A DNA stretch of 42,101 bases from Alphaproteobacteria bacterium (GTDB taxonomy: Bacteria; Pseudomonadota; Alphaproteobacteria; JBCCNR01). The stretch's first letter is position 1; each line of letters opens with the position of its first letter. The stretch covers positions 1-42,101 of the forward strand of contig JBLHTX010000003.1 of the NCBI GenBank assembly GCA_047627635.1, read 5' to 3'. The translations under genes were made by a program, and so were the position numbers. Shown in pieces: positions 9,149 to 19,569 of this stretch. Below the pieces are notes generated by a model. It was not told the DNA's origin. It did no database searches and saw only the letters and a program-made list of their open reading frames with translations.

Positions 9149-10498
9149 ATGGATACTACCCCTGAGGCATATAAAGAGATTTCACCTGATACATCCCCTG
9201 ATACATTACAGGGGCATCGTCAAAAAGCAGAAGACAAGACAATATCACGCTTGATGTTTAAGTTTCCTAAGTTAACTTATAATATTCAAAGCCGTGGTGA
9301 TGGTCGTAATTCGTCAAAGCTTGCCTTTAATCATCAAACCATATTAATTTGCAGTATTTTGTCATTAAGTTGGGCGGGGCTTGTGATGGCTTATGGTGCA
9401 GGCGTGATTGCAACACTTGGTAACCATGAAATTGCATCTTTTGTGTATGCTTCACTCTCAATGATTATCTTATTTCCAATCGCACTTATTTGGGGCGGAT
9501 TTTTTGTCTATCATTATGCTAATCAATCCCACAAAGCCAATAGTGCAATTCTTGAAGCCGCCCGTGTTTTAGGAAGCCCAGCACTTGTTGCCGCTGATGA
9601 CGTGAAAACCTTATCACTTGCGGTGGGGCATGAGCTTAATCAATTACGAGGCTCGATGCGTGACATTGAAGACCGTATGCATGGTATTTCAAAAAACATT
9701 GATAATGAAATTAATACATTAAACGAAAGCAGTGACAATCTTCATAAAACTTTATGTGATGTGTCAGGCACTATTCGTGCCGAGCGTGATGCGATTGTTG
9801 ATTTAATGAAAATTATAAAAACCGAAAATCAAAATGCACACCATTATCTTGCAGAAAAAAATAAAACCCATATTCAAGTCAGCGATACGCCAACAGATGC
9901 AATTATAGACCCCCCCAAAGAAACAGGTCAAATTGCAGGCGGTGAAATCACTTATATGGGTGATTTACGCCAACCTGTACCACAAAATGCATCATTAAAT
10001 GCATCATTAAATGAATCATTAAATGCATCATTGTCGCAGACCAAAACACGCGTCACACACCCAGTCGAAACAGCCCAACCCATACAGCCTGCAACTCAGC
10101 AAACAGCCCAAAGCACAGTGCAATCTTCTTATGTTGCCAAGCCAGAAGCCCTTATTTTACGTCGCGAGCGTCAGCTTTATGAAGGGGTATGTGCGTTAAC
10201 TGTTGATTTAAATCGGGAATTGGGGATTGTCCTGCCACAAGATTTATGGTCACGTTATATGCGCGGCGAGCGTCATATTTTTGCAGACCATTTATTTACA
10301 AAACTCACAAATGATTTTATGGCATATCAAGAAAAGCTTGATACCGATAATGTCCGTAAATTATGCAATCAATTTATCTCCCGATTCGAAACATTGCGTG
10401 AACGCCTTTTTGATGAGCCAGACATTGCCGTGTCTGAATATCTAGAAAATTCAGGCATTGGCAAAGTTTATAGTGTCTTATCTGTCGAATATGTTTGA
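9149..10498 (+). CDS. Membrane-anchored coiled-coil protein, TipN/GPR(RgsE)-like
   Basis: Two N-terminal TM segments, a coiled coil, a Pro/Gln/Thr linker and a C-terminal LWSRYMRGERHIF...FISRFE...YLENSGIGKVYSVL domain. Confidence 0.6.
   Translation: MDTTPEAYKEISPDTSPDTLQGHRQKAEDKTISRLMFKFPKLTYNIQSRGDGRNSSKLAFNHQTILICSILSLSWAGLVMAYGAGVIATLGNHEIASFVYASLSMIILFPIALIWGGFFVYHYANQSHKANSAILEAARVLGSPALVAADDVKTLSLAVGHELNQLRGSMRDIEDRMHGISKNIDNEINTLNESSDNLHKTLCDVSGTIRAERDAIVDLMKIIKTENQNAHHYLAEKNKTHIQVSDTPTDAIIDPPKETGQIAGGEITYMGDLRQPVPQNASLNASLNESLNASLSQTKTRVTHPVETAQPIQPATQQTAQSTVQSSYVAKPEALILRRERQLYEGVCALTVDLNRELGIVLPQDLWSRYMRGERHIFADHLFTKLTNDFMAYQEKLDTDNVRKLCNQFISRFETLRERLFDEPDIAVSEYLENSGIGKVYSVLSVEYV
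9985..10032. repeat. In-frame tandem repeat, 4 x 12 bp (AAATGCATCATT)
   Basis: Encodes NASL-NASL-NESL-NASL; one mismatch in unit 3. Confidence 0.9.
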
Positions 10499-10563
10499 GA
10501 AAACATAAAAAATGCTTTACAACGACATTAACTCACACTTGAATTCACAATGGACGATAGATT

Positions 10564-11616
10564 ATGACATACAAAGATATTGCCTCTGACAAAGGAAAAG
10601 CACTTGAGCAAGCATTAGGACAAATTGAAAAGGCTTTTGGAAAAGGCTCTATTATGCGTCTTGGTCAAAAAGAGGCATTAAATGTTGAATCAACTTCAAC
10701 AGGGTCTTTGGGGCTAGATATTGCACTTGGTGTTGGCGGCATCCCTAAGGGGCGTGTTGTTGAAATTTATGGGCATGAAAGCTCTGGCAAAACAACACTC
10801 GCATTACACTGTGTTGCCGAATTACAAAAACTAGGCGGCAGTGCTGCCTTTATTGACGCAGAGCATGCACTTGATCCTGTTTACGCCAAAAATATTGGTG
10901 TTGATACCGATAATCTGATTATCTCACAACCTGATACGGGTGAGCAAGCCCTTGAAATTTGTGATACTTTGGTACGCTCAGGCGCAATTAACATGATTGT
11001 CATTGACTCCGTTGCTGCCCTTGTGCCGCGTGCTGAAATTGAGGGCGATATGGGGGCTTCGCTTCCAGGCCTACAAGCACGCCTTATGTCACAAGCACTG
11101 CGTAAATTAACAGGGTCTATTAATCGTTATGGCTGTACAGTTATATTTTTAAATCAAATTCGCATAAAAATTGGTGTGATGTTTGGTAATCCTGAAACAA
11201 CGACAGGCGGTAATGCCTTAAAGTTCTACTCTAGTGTTCGCCTTGAAATTCGTAAAGCAGCCGTTATTAAAAGCGGCGAGGATGTGGTTGGTAATCAAAC
11301 AAAAGTCAAAGTTGTTAAAAACAAAGTTGCACCGCCCTTTAAACAGCTTGAATTTGATATTATGTTCGGCAAAGGAATTTCTCGGGTTGGTGAAGTCATT
11401 GATTTAGGCGTTAAGGCAAATATTATTGAAAAAGCCGGTGCATGGATGTCTTACAACAGTACTCGTATTGGACAAGGTCGTGAGAATGCAAAACAATATC
11501 TGCGGGATAATCCTGAGATGTGGCAAGAAATAGAAGAAAAAATAAAAGCTGCCTCTGGTCTTGTCGCCGAAGTCATGCAAGATGCTTCAATTGCTGATGA
11601 GGCAATTTCGGGCTAA
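10564..11616 (+). CDS. recA: Recombinase RecA
   Basis: [34 protein letters not shown] and GGNALKFY motifs. Confidence 0.99.
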   Translation: MTYKDIASDKGKALEQALGQIEKAFGKGSIMRLGQKEALNVESTSTGSLGLDIALGVGGIPKGRVVEIYGHESSGKTTLALHCVAELQKLGGSAAFIDAEHALDPVYAKNIGVDTDNLIISQPDTGEQALEICDTLVRSGAINMIVIDSVAALVPRAEIEGDMGASLPGLQARLMSQALRKLTGSINRYGCTVIFLNQIRIKIGVMFGNPETTTGGNALKFYSSVRLEIRKAAVIKSGEDVVGNQTKVKVVKNKVAPPFKQLEFDIMFGKGISRVGEVIDLGVKANIIEKAGAWMSYNSTRIGQGRENAKQYLRDNPEMWQEIEEKIKAASGLVAEVMQDASIADEAISG

Positions 11617-11666
11617 TTACTTTATTATACGCATATATATATATATTTAATCATTAAGGCAAATTT

Positions 11667-12542
11667 ATGAACATCATCATTGCTGTCTGCACTTATAAGC
11701 GTTTTGCTTCGCTTATAAGATGCTTGAAAAGCATTCAAGCAATGATCGTCCCCCCAAATATAACACTTGAAATATTGGTTATTGATAATGAACCATCGCA
11801 TCAAGTCTCAAAATTATGTGGCGATTACAAAGTCACTTATGTTGCTGAAAAACAACGCGGTCTTGTTTTTGCACGCAACAGTGTATTGCGATATGCACGC
11901 TCAAAAGAGATTGATTATTTAGGCATTATTGACGATGATGAAGGCGTTAGCCTCGATTGGCTTGTGGATATGCTTGATTTTTTCAAGCACCATGACGCCG
12001 ATGTTGCGGCTGGCATTATTGATATTCAGCTTGCATCTAATATGCCAAGCTATCTTAAACAGGCATATCAATTTAAAAAAGTAACACAGCCAACATCTGT
12101 TAAAACATTGCCAATGGGCAATATTATGCTGAAATCGACCATTATTAATACATCATTTTGGTTCGATACGCAGTTTAATTTTACAGGGGGCGAAGATGTC
12201 GACTTTTTTTCAAGGTTACATAAGAGCGACAAAAAGCTTTATAAAATTCCCAATGCACAAGTTACCGAATATTTAATGCCTGAAAAAGCCTCACTTAGTG
12301 CCTACTTTAAACGTCAAGTGCGGGTTTCACAATTACATTATTCACAAAAATTCCCGTCTTTTTCATTTAAATTTTTCCTTGAATGTCTGATGTCTATTGG
12401 TGAAATTATACTTGTTTGCTTGTTATTACCGACAATTTTCTTTAGTGATCCTTTGAAAATCAAGGTAACAAAAATGTATGCAAAAGCCATTGGTCGTTTA
12501 AAATCAAGAAATACAAAAAAAATACAGGCTTATGGTAAATAG
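11667..12542 (+). CDS. Glycosyltransferase family 2 (ExoM-like)
   Basis: VCTYKR, VIDN, ARN, IDDDE and TGGEDVDFF motifs. Confidence 0.88.
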   Translation: MNIIIAVCTYKRFASLIRCLKSIQAMIVPPNITLEILVIDNEPSHQVSKLCGDYKVTYVAEKQRGLVFARNSVLRYARSKEIDYLGIIDDDEGVSLDWLVDMLDFFKHHDADVAAGIIDIQLASNMPSYLKQAYQFKKVTQPTSVKTLPMGNIMLKSTIINTSFWFDTQFNFTGGEDVDFFSRLHKSDKKLYKIPNAQVTEYLMPEKASLSAYFKRQVRVSQLHYSQKFPSFSFKFFLECLMSIGEIILVCLLLPTIFFSDPLKIKVTKMYAKAIGRLKSRNTKKIQAYGK

Positions 12543-12588
12543 TACACTCATTGTAAATTAACATTATTCTTTTATTATCCGTGGTAAT

Positions 12589-13044
12589 ATGCAACATAAA
12601 ATTTTAATTATTAATGGTCCAAATTTAAACTTGCTGGGCAAGCGTGAGCCAACAATTTATGGCAATGCTTCCCTCAGGGATCTTGAGGATTCGCTTATTA
12701 AAAAATTTAATACAAATAATGTAACCTTAGATTTTTTTCAAAGTAACCATGAGGGCGCATTAATTGATTGCATTCATAATGCCCCTACTGAAAATTATAC
12801 AGCAATTATTATCAATGCAGGGGCTTATACCCACACATCGGTGGCATTGCATGATGCCCTTGCAGGCGTAGCGCTCCCCTTTGTCGAAATTCATATCAGC
12901 AATGTCTATGCCCGTGAAGCATTCAGGCATCATTCTTATTTATCGCCTATTGCTAATGCGGTTATTTGCGGCATGGGCTTTAAGGGTTATGAGTTTGCAA
13001 TACATTATTGCCTTGACTTGCCGCCCGTGAAAACCACACAATAA
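12589..13044 (+). CDS. aroQ: Type II 3-dehydroquinate dehydratase
   Basis: [23 protein letters not shown] and [15 protein letters not shown] motifs. Confidence 0.97.
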   Translation: MQHKILIINGPNLNLLGKREPTIYGNASLRDLEDSLIKKFNTNNVTLDFFQSNHEGALIDCIHNAPTENYTAIIINAGAYTHTSVALHDALAGVALPFVEIHISNVYAREAFRHHSYLSPIANAVICGMGFKGYEFAIHYCLDLPPVKTTQ

Positions 13045-13147
13045 AATCGTTTAAATTTTCTTTGATCGCCATCTAATTATTAATTATGGACAATTTATTG
13101 TAATAACTTTATAAATAAAACAAGATTTTTAGAAAAATGGTTTTATT

Positions 13148-13741
13148 GTGTATAATATTGCAAATATTTTGACGTTTACGCGGATTGGCTTCGTGCCAAT
13201 TATTATGACTCTTATGTTGGTTTTTCCATATAACGAGTCCGCCCGTATGAGTGCTTTTGTGCTTTATGCAATTTGCGGTATCACCGATTTTCTTGATGGT
13301 TGGATTGCACGTAAATATAATTTACATTCTAACCTTGGGCGTATGCTCGATCCGATTGCTGACAAATTATTAATTGCCATGATCTTGCTTGCATTAACCG
13401 ATTTACAGGAAATAAAAGGCATTCATATTATCCCTGCTGGGATTATTTTATGTCGCGAAATCCTTGTTTCGGGACTACGCGAATTTTTAGCAGGCACGCC
13501 TCTTAAAATGCCGGTCACTAATCTTGCAAAATGGAAAACAACTTTACAAATTTTTGCACTTGGTTTTTTTGTTATTGGCAGTGCCTCTGTTTGGATACAT
13601 CCTTTAATACCGTCACATTTAATTGGTATTATTTGTTTGTGGCTTGCAGCAATTTTAACAGTATACACAGGTTATATTTATTTAAAATCTGGGTTAACGC
13701 ATATTGTTCATCAAGATACGCTCGATAAGGAAACAACATGA
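13148..13741 (+). CDS. pgsA: CDP-diacylglycerol--glycerol-3-phosphate 3-phosphatidyltransferase
   Basis: TDFLDGWIAR...GRMLDPIADK, REILVSGLRE and KWKT motifs. Confidence 0.95.
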   Translation: MYNIANILTFTRIGFVPIIMTLMLVFPYNESARMSAFVLYAICGITDFLDGWIARKYNLHSNLGRMLDPIADKLLIAMILLALTDLQEIKGIHIIPAGIILCREILVSGLREFLAGTPLKMPVTNLAKWKTTLQIFALGFFVIGSASVWIHPLIPSHLIGIICLWLAAILTVYTGYIYLKSGLTHIVHQDTLDKETT

Positions 13742-14160
13742 TGACGCAGCAATATTGGCTCTTTAAGTCTGAACCTTCTGCATGGTCATGGGATCAACAA
13801 AAAGCCAAAGGCACAATTGGCGAGCCTTGGGACGGTGTGCGTAACTATCAGGCTAATAACAATATGAAGGCAATGAAGATTGGGGATAAAGGTTTTTTTT
13901 ATCATTCAATCCATGAAAAATCTATTGTCGGCATTGTCGAAATTATAAAAGAGCACGAGCTTGATGTAACCGACACAAAAGGCAAATTTGGACTTGTAAT
14001 AATCAAAGCACTTTACGATATGCCCAAGCCAATTACCTTGGCAAATATGAAAGACAATCAACAGCTTGAAGAATTACAACTTATCAAACAATCACGGCTT
14101 TCTGTTGTGCCAATATCAAAAATTCACTGGGATATTATTTGTAAAATGGGTCAATTATAA
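13738..14160 (+). CDS. EVE domain protein
   Basis: YWLFKSEP, WDGVRNYQA, FFYHS and RLSV motifs. Confidence 0.93.
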   Translation: MMTQQYWLFKSEPSAWSWDQQKAKGTIGEPWDGVRNYQANNNMKAMKIGDKGFFYHSIHEKSIVGIVEIIKEHELDVTDTKGKFGLVIIKALYDMPKPITLANMKDNQQLEELQLIKQSRLSVVPISKIHWDIICKMGQL

Positions 14161-14164
14161 TAAA

Positions 14165-14578
14165 TTACGAATTTAAATAAATTGATCTAAAAATACGATG
14201 ATTAGCATAATTTGCACACAGCATAATGTCTTCTATAACCATATTATCACTTAGTTTAACCTGATTACTTCGTAGGATTTTCTCACAAACTTGCTTGCGT
14301 GAGGCAATCGATGCACGATATAAATAACCCAAAGCATTACTGGTAAGACACCCTTGTGTTATTTTTTTTAAAATTAATGCACAGCGCAAGGTCTGAATAT
14401 GGTGCAGAATGTCAATTGGCGAAATACCAATTTCTGCCCCTTTATTAATAATGTCCTCAAGAAAAATCCCTAATTGATTGGCAAGCTCAATATCACGATC
14501 GGGCTTATTGGTGAACATATCACTTTTAATAAAATTATCGAGTGATGGAATAGTGCTAATTTCTAATTCTTGAAACAT
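14165..14578 (-). CDS. Hypothetical protein
   Basis: 137 aa ORF filling an intergenic space; no family recognised. Confidence 0.6.
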   Translation of the reverse strand: MFQELEISTIPSLDNFIKSDMFTNKPDRDIELANQLGIFLEDIINKGAEIGISPIDILHHIQTLRCALILKKITQGCLTSNALGYLYRASIASRKQVCEKILRSNQVKLSDNMVIEDIMLCANYANHRIFRSIYLNS

Positions 14579-14613
14579 AAAAAATACCCTGTTAGCTTAA
14601 GAAAATAAATGCT

Positions 14614-14862
14614 TTAATTCAGTGTTCTAGTGCCAAATATATCATCAATGGATATATCTGTTTCATCTCCAAAAACACTTTCAAGCATAAATTCATCTGA
14701 TTCAGATGGGGTTGCTTGATAAGATAAAAATGGTGTTTCTATTTCTTCACCTATATCATCTTGGGGTGTATCAACTTCGGTCCAAGCTTCTTGATTTTCA
14801 ACAAAAGCTTCAGTGTTTGCGCCAACTAGACTAATTGGCATTCCTTTTATATCGTTTGACAT
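14614..14862 (-). CDS. Small acidic hypothetical protein
   Basis: Asp/Glu-rich ORF co-oriented with its neighbours; ATG at 14862 preferred. Confidence 0.55.
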   Translation of the reverse strand: MSNDIKGMPISLVGANTEAFVENQEAWTEVDTPQDDIGEEIETPFLSYQATPSESDEFMLESVFGDETDISIDDIFGTRTLN

Positions 14863-14935
14863 ATATACCACGCACTTTAAATTACTTACTTGGATAAATA
14901 ATATGCAATATATATGCCTAACTATCAGCGATGAT

Positions 14936-15601
14936 TTAATAAAGAGACTTTTTTTCCTCAGAGATAATACGCATCAAAGAGGCTGTTTCGGTAAGGACAC
15001 GTTTATAAAAATTGGCAATTTTTTTATCAATGGTCACAAGATATTGTTCCCATGTCTGCACACCGCTTGAATCTTCCTTGCCGTCACTGATGCCCCTAAG
15101 GCCAATAAGCGGAATTTTGAAATCATACCCAACACGCGCAATGCTATAAGTTTCCATATCAACGCAGTCAGCTTGAATATCATCAAATGTTACCCCTGCA
15201 CTGCCTTGTTTATCAATAACAGCCCCACCAGTCGATAGGCTTGCTGTAGGGACATCGTCAAATAATATCGGTAATGCAAACATAGCAGGATAATCGACCC
15301 ACGGCGTAACACCTTTTTCAAAGCCAAATGCCGAGGCATTCATATCACGATAACTGACAGAAGAAATTTGATAAAGGTCAGCTTGATTAAGCGTTGAACT
15401 GCCTGCTGTGCCGATTGAAAAAATAATATCTGGGAGTGTTTTTTGTTGCTTTTTATCCATTAAAATTTTTGTTGTATTAAAAGCTGCTTCAACTGGACCC
15501 ACGCCAATAATCTCAGCATCTGGAATAACTGCCTTCATTGCAGTACCATATTCTGATTTTGCAGCAATTAATGTTAAAATTGATACACCATCAATAATCA
15601 T
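14936..15601 (-). CDS. MTA/SAH nucleosidase-like protein (PNP/UDP phosphorylase family)
   Basis: GVGPVEAA, IGTAGS, VDMETY and LRGISDG motifs. Confidence 0.82.
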   Translation of the reverse strand: MIIDGVSILTLIAAKSEYGTAMKAVIPDAEIIGVGPVEAAFNTTKILMDKKQQKTLPDIIFSIGTAGSSTLNQADLYQISSVSYRDMNASAFGFEKGVTPWVDYPAMFALPILFDDVPTASLSTGGAVIDKQGSAGVTFDDIQADCVDMETYSIARVGYDFKIPLIGLRGISDGKEDSSGVQTWEQYLVTIDKKIANFYKRVLTETASLMRIISEEKKSLY

Positions 15602-15665
15602 TTCTTATCCCTTGTCGTATGTTCAATAATATTATGTACAATATAGTGCATAGAAAATCTATAAA

Positions 15666-15700
15666 ATAAAGATCACTTATAAACTATAAGCGACCTTTAT
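15666..15700 (-). terminator. Putative intrinsic terminator after purC
   Basis: Minus-strand hairpin ATAAAGGTCGCTTAT/ATAAGTGATCTTTAT (two G-U pairs, 5 nt loop) immediately after the purC stop. Confidence 0.6.
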
Positions 15701-15702
15701 CA

Positions 15703-16569
15703 TTATTTAGTTTTCTTAGATGAAGGTGTCCGAGCATTCGCAGAATTTTTTGATTTTCTTTTTTTTAATGCTGACGCCATAACATCTTGAAGGTGCGTTA
15801 CGGTGGCAAGCTCCTCGGGCTCAGATTTATTAATTTGCGGTAAAATATTCAGACGCTTAGCAACCTCGGTATAGCCAGCGGCTAGATCACCAGTATTTAA
15901 ACGAAATAAATCTTTATCGAATGCTTCGCCTGTTTTTAAATCTCGCAGACGGCAATTATCAGGACTAATTTCATCCGCAAGCACAAGCTCGGGGAAAATA
16001 TCAAGATCTTCAATAAATTTTGTAACACCAAATTCATATTTAATATCAGCCAAATCAAGACCAATTGCCGTGAATAAACCAGATAATATATCGGTAATAC
16101 GCAGTGCTAAGTTATGAATCTGCTCTAGATCCTCTTCCTCGCAAAACCCCAATACAATGGCCGCCTCTGGAGAAATCAAAGGATCACCTAAAGTATCATC
16201 TTTTAAGAAAAACTCTACAAGAGGCTCATCCAGCGTGCTCCCCTCCTCTATGTTGTAACGCTTGCATAATGACCCATAGGCCTTGCGACGCACAACAACC
16301 TCAAGCGGTATAATATCCACAAGCTTCACAAGCTGTTCACGCATATTTAAGCGTTTCACGTAATGCGTTGCAATGCCGCAGCTTTCAAGACGCTCCATAA
16401 TAAAGCTACTAATCATGTTATTCAAAACACCTTTACCTTCAATAAGCGCATGCTTTTGCTTATTGAAAGCGGTTGTGTCATCTTTGAAATATTGAATAGC
16501 AGTCCCTTTTACAGGGCCTTCAAAGATAGTTTTTGCTTTACCTTCGTAAAGCATTTTGCGATTTTTCAT
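15703..16569 (-). CDS. purC: SAICAR synthetase
   Basis: LYEGKAK, FKDDTTAF, PLEVVVR, DIKYEFG and LADEISPDNCRL motifs; start moved to MKNRK at 16569; basic C-terminal extension. Confidence 0.96.
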   Translation of the reverse strand: MKNRKMLYEGKAKTIFEGPVKGTAIQYFKDDTTAFNKQKHALIEGKGVLNNMISSFIMERLESCGIATHYVKRLNMREQLVKLVDIIPLEVVVRRKAYGSLCKRYNIEEGSTLDEPLVEFFLKDDTLGDPLISPEAAIVLGFCEEEDLEQIHNLALRITDILSGLFTAIGLDLADIKYEFGVTKFIEDLDIFPELVLADEISPDNCRLRDLKTGEAFDKDLFRLNTGDLAAGYTEVAKRLNILPQINKSEPEELATVTHLQDVMASALKKRKSKNSANARTPSSKKTK

Positions 16570-16732
16570 GTCATATCCATTTCTGATACGCTCACAAAGG
16601 TTAATAAGATTGTGATCCAAATAGTGTCCTCCAGAAAAGGTAAAAATACCTTTTAAATTTTGTACAAAATATGTTAACAAAACGATAACAGCTATTTAAT
16701 TTATTTTTATTTCTATACTGCAAGGTATTTTT

Positions 16733-17056
16733 ATGCAACCACTTTTATTTCCTATCGATAATCCTGACATGCCACAAGACACCAAAAGACAGGCACAATA
16801 TATGGCACGTATAATGTGGCAATTTGGTATTAAAATTGCTGAAAAAATGTTTCTCTTTGGACAAGATGGACAAGATTATGCAAAAAAAATATTATTTTTC
16901 GAGTTGCATAACACCCATGAAGCCCTTTTTAATCTTATAGAAAAAGATTTCAAAAAACATAACATTAGTTATGACATTACTGAAATAAACTTAATAATTC
17001 AAACCATTCACACTGATTATTCAATAAATTCAGTAGACAAGTGCTTTTATATTTGA
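16733..17056 (+). CDS. Divergent DUF1476 / F1Fo-ATPase zeta-subunit-like protein
   Basis: Core pattern AR-x5-G-x3-AE-x3-LxGxD-x3-YA...LF-x2-I-x2-DF matches the zeta fold; divergent from purC, the usual position of DUF1476. Confidence 0.6.
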   Translation: MQPLLFPIDNPDMPQDTKRQAQYMARIMWQFGIKIAEKMFLFGQDGQDYAKKILFFELHNTHEALFNLIEKDFKKHNISYDITEINLIIQTIHTDYSINSVDKCFYI

Positions 17057-17081
17057 CTTTTAATTAAATACAATATATAGT
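17053..17081 (+). promoter_or_regulatory. Putative sigma70 promoter
   Basis: TTGACT-N17-TATAGT upstream of ORF 17117. Confidence 0.55.
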
Positions 17082-17116
17082 TAAGTATATTTTTATTAAT
17101 TATAGGATTTTTTGAA

Positions 17117-17881
17117 TTGTTAAATAATAATATCAAGTATTGTAAATATTATGGTCCATTGACGCAAAGTGACCATATTAAGCATACGATATTATTAAAA
17201 TTAAATCGACTGAACACAGAAATTACACAGGAAAAAGCGCTCAGTAACCCCATCAGTATTGCACTTAAATCGCCTTATTGGCATAACACAACCAATAATG
17301 CATTAGCAGAATTTAAAGCAATTAAACGCAATCATATTCGCAAAAATATTTTATTAAAACTTGTTAATAACCCCGATAAATCACACTCAAGCCCTATTAC
17401 ACCAAAAAGCAATAAAAAATACAACTACAAACATCATACTCAAAATAATATTTTATATTGCATTATAAAAACATTTTTATTAAATATTTACGATGCAATG
17501 ACAGGCTATGTAAAAAAAGCAAACCAACCAACATTACCTGCCTTAAAAAAAGACCTGATAAATGTTGCAAATACCATAATAGATGGGCAATTCAGTACCC
17601 TAGAAAAACATCCATATTTTAGAAAAAATCACCATATTTTAACGCTTAATTATATGTCTTCTAATAATAATTTCAGTAAAAAACTATTTAAAATTATTGT
17701 GTCAGCCTATATAAAGCGCATTACTATCCACCCCCATGACGCACAAAATACGGATGCCCTATATGATGCATTAAGTGATTACATAGGGCAACTTAAGCAA
17801 CTCCCTAGTCTGAGTGTTTTACCATCACGAAGAACGGGATATTTAAAGCAATATATGCATAATTTAAGTGATCAAACTTAA
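17117..17881 (+). CDS. Hypothetical basic protein (ORFan-like)
   Basis: 254 aa open frame in very AT-rich DNA with its own promoter and AGGA RBS. Confidence 0.65.
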   Translation: MLNNNIKYCKYYGPLTQSDHIKHTILLKLNRLNTEITQEKALSNPISIALKSPYWHNTTNNALAEFKAIKRNHIRKNILLKLVNNPDKSHSSPITPKSNKKYNYKHHTQNNILYCIIKTFLLNIYDAMTGYVKKANQPTLPALKKDLINVANTIIDGQFSTLEKHPYFRKNHHILTLNYMSSNNNFSKKLFKIIVSAYIKRITIHPHDAQNTDALYDALSDYIGQLKQLPSLSVLPSRRTGYLKQYMHNLSDQT

Positions 17882-17891
17882 CGCTTATTTT

Positions 17892-19424
17892 TTATGATAA
17901 TTTTTTTTGCAACATTTCATTCACAGCATCAGGAGACGCTTTCCCGCCTGTTTTTTTCATAACTTGCCCAACAAACCATCCAATTAACTTAACTTTTCCA
18001 GCTTTAAAAGCTGCAACATTATCTGGGCTGTCGGCAATTACTTCGTCAATCACTTTTTCAATGGCTGAAAAATCTGTTACCTGTCTCAAGCCATGCTTCT
18101 CAACAAGGGCTATAGGGGCTTCATCGCTTGTCCACATGATTTCAAAAAGTTGTTTTCCAATTTTGCCTGAAATTGTGTTATCTGAAATCAAGTCAACCAT
18201 TTCCCCTAAATATACTGCACTAATTGGGCTGTTTGTAATGTCTAAATTTTGTTTATTTAAAGCACCAAAAAGCTCGTTAATCACCCAAACACTTGCAAGT
18301 TTAGCATCACGCCCTATGGCAACTTTTTCAAAATAATCGGCATTATCTTTGTCTGCTGTTAAAACATTTGCATCATACAGTGATAAATTAAAATCTTTGA
18401 TAAAGCGTAATTTACGCACATCGGGTAATTCTGGCAACTGAGAAATCGCTTCATCTATCTGCTCTTGGGATAATTGCACAGGCAAAAGGTCTGGATCAGG
18501 AAAATAACGATAATCATGTGCATCTTCCTTGGAACGCATAGTCCGTGTTTCAGCATTTTTCGGATCAAATAAACGGGTTTCTTGGTCTATGATGCCCCCA
18601 TTTTCAAGAACTTGAATTTGACGCTTTGCTTCAATCTCAGCGGCTTGCTTGATGAATTTAACAGAATTTACATTTTTAATCTCGCAGCGTGTCCCAAGCG
18701 GATCGCCTTGGCGACGTACTGAAACATTCACATCGGCGCGCATTGACCCTTGCTCCATATTGCCGTCACACGTCCCGATATAGCGCAGGATTGTCCGTAA
18801 TTTAGACATAAAAGCCCCTGCCTCTTCGGGGGAACGAATATCGGGCTTCGTCACAATTTCCATTAAGGCTGTGCCCGAACGATTTAAATCAATAAAACTC
18901 ATTGATGGATGCTGATCATGGATAGACTTTCCAGCATCTTGCTCAAGATGCAAACGCTCAATCCCGACATAACGGGCGATATTATTTTTAAAATCAAGAA
19001 CAATATGACCTTCACCAATAATTGGATAGGTAAATTGACTAATTTGATAGCCTTGCGGTAAATCAGGGTAAAAATAATTTTTACGATCAAAAACAGAATA
19101 TTTATTAATCTGTGCATTCAAGGCATAACCTGTTTTAATGGCCTGCGTCACACAATATTCATTAATAACGGGTAGCATCCCTGGAAATGCGGCATCAACC
19201 AACGAAACATTACTATTTTCATCGGCACCAAATTCAGTCGATGCACCTGAAAATAATTTGGCCTTCGATGAAATTTGGGCATGAACTTCCATACCAATAA
19301 CAACTTCCCACACATCTTTTTCGCCTTGTATCAAATAAGGTGCTGGCTCTTGAAGATTAAGTTCACGCATGATATTTTGTTGTTTTTGTGTTGCATTTTC
19401 AGCATTTGATGGTGCTTGTGTCAT
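17892..19424 (-). CDS. gatB: Asp-tRNA(Asn)/Glu-tRNA(Gln) amidotransferase subunit B
   Basis: [36 protein letters not shown] and [10 protein letters not shown] motifs; start probably at 19424 or later. Confidence 0.97.
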   Translation of the reverse strand: MTQAPSNAENATQKQQNIMRELNLQEPAPYLIQGEKDVWEVVIGMEVHAQISSKAKLFSGASTEFGADENSNVSLVDAAFPGMLPVINEYCVTQAIKTGYALNAQINKYSVFDRKNYFYPDLPQGYQISQFTYPIIGEGHIVLDFKNNIARYVGIERLHLEQDAGKSIHDQHPSMSFIDLNRSGTALMEIVTKPDIRSPEEAGAFMSKLRTILRYIGTCDGNMEQGSMRADVNVSVRRQGDPLGTRCEIKNVNSVKFIKQAAEIEAKRQIQVLENGGIIDQETRLFDPKNAETRTMRSKEDAHDYRYFPDPDLLPVQLSQEQIDEAISQLPELPDVRKLRFIKDFNLSLYDANVLTADKDNADYFEKVAIGRDAKLASVWVINELFGALNKQNLDITNSPISAVYLGEMVDLISDNTISGKIGKQLFEIMWTSDEAPIALVEKHGLRQVTDFSAIEKVIDEVIADSPDNVAAFKAGKVKLIGWFVGQVMKKTGGKASPDAVNEMLQKKLS

Positions 19425-19569
19425 AAACGCTTTTCCATTATCATTTTTATATCTTATCTTTTTAATGCGATGTGACCAAAGATGCAAGAAAAGATGCAAG
19501 CGTTAGATTGATTATTTCTTAAAGATATTATATAGGGACTGTGAAGATTTATGAAAGGCTATGAAATTT

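Noticed and set aside
10441-10563. LexA (SOS) box upstream of recA
   Set aside because: No convincing GAAC-N7-GAAC or GTTC-N7-GTTC match could be read.
11633-11646. (AT)n run between recA and the glycosyltransferase
   Set aside because: Short and expected in AT-rich intergenic DNA.
17042-17056. C-terminal CFYI of the zeta-like protein as a CaaX motif
   Set aside because: Aromatic residues at both a positions fit poorly, and the protein looks like a bacterial cytoplasmic family.
16570-19499. Long N-terminal extensions of PurC and GatB in the ORF track
   Set aside because: They result from choosing the most upstream start; family similarity begins at later Met codons.
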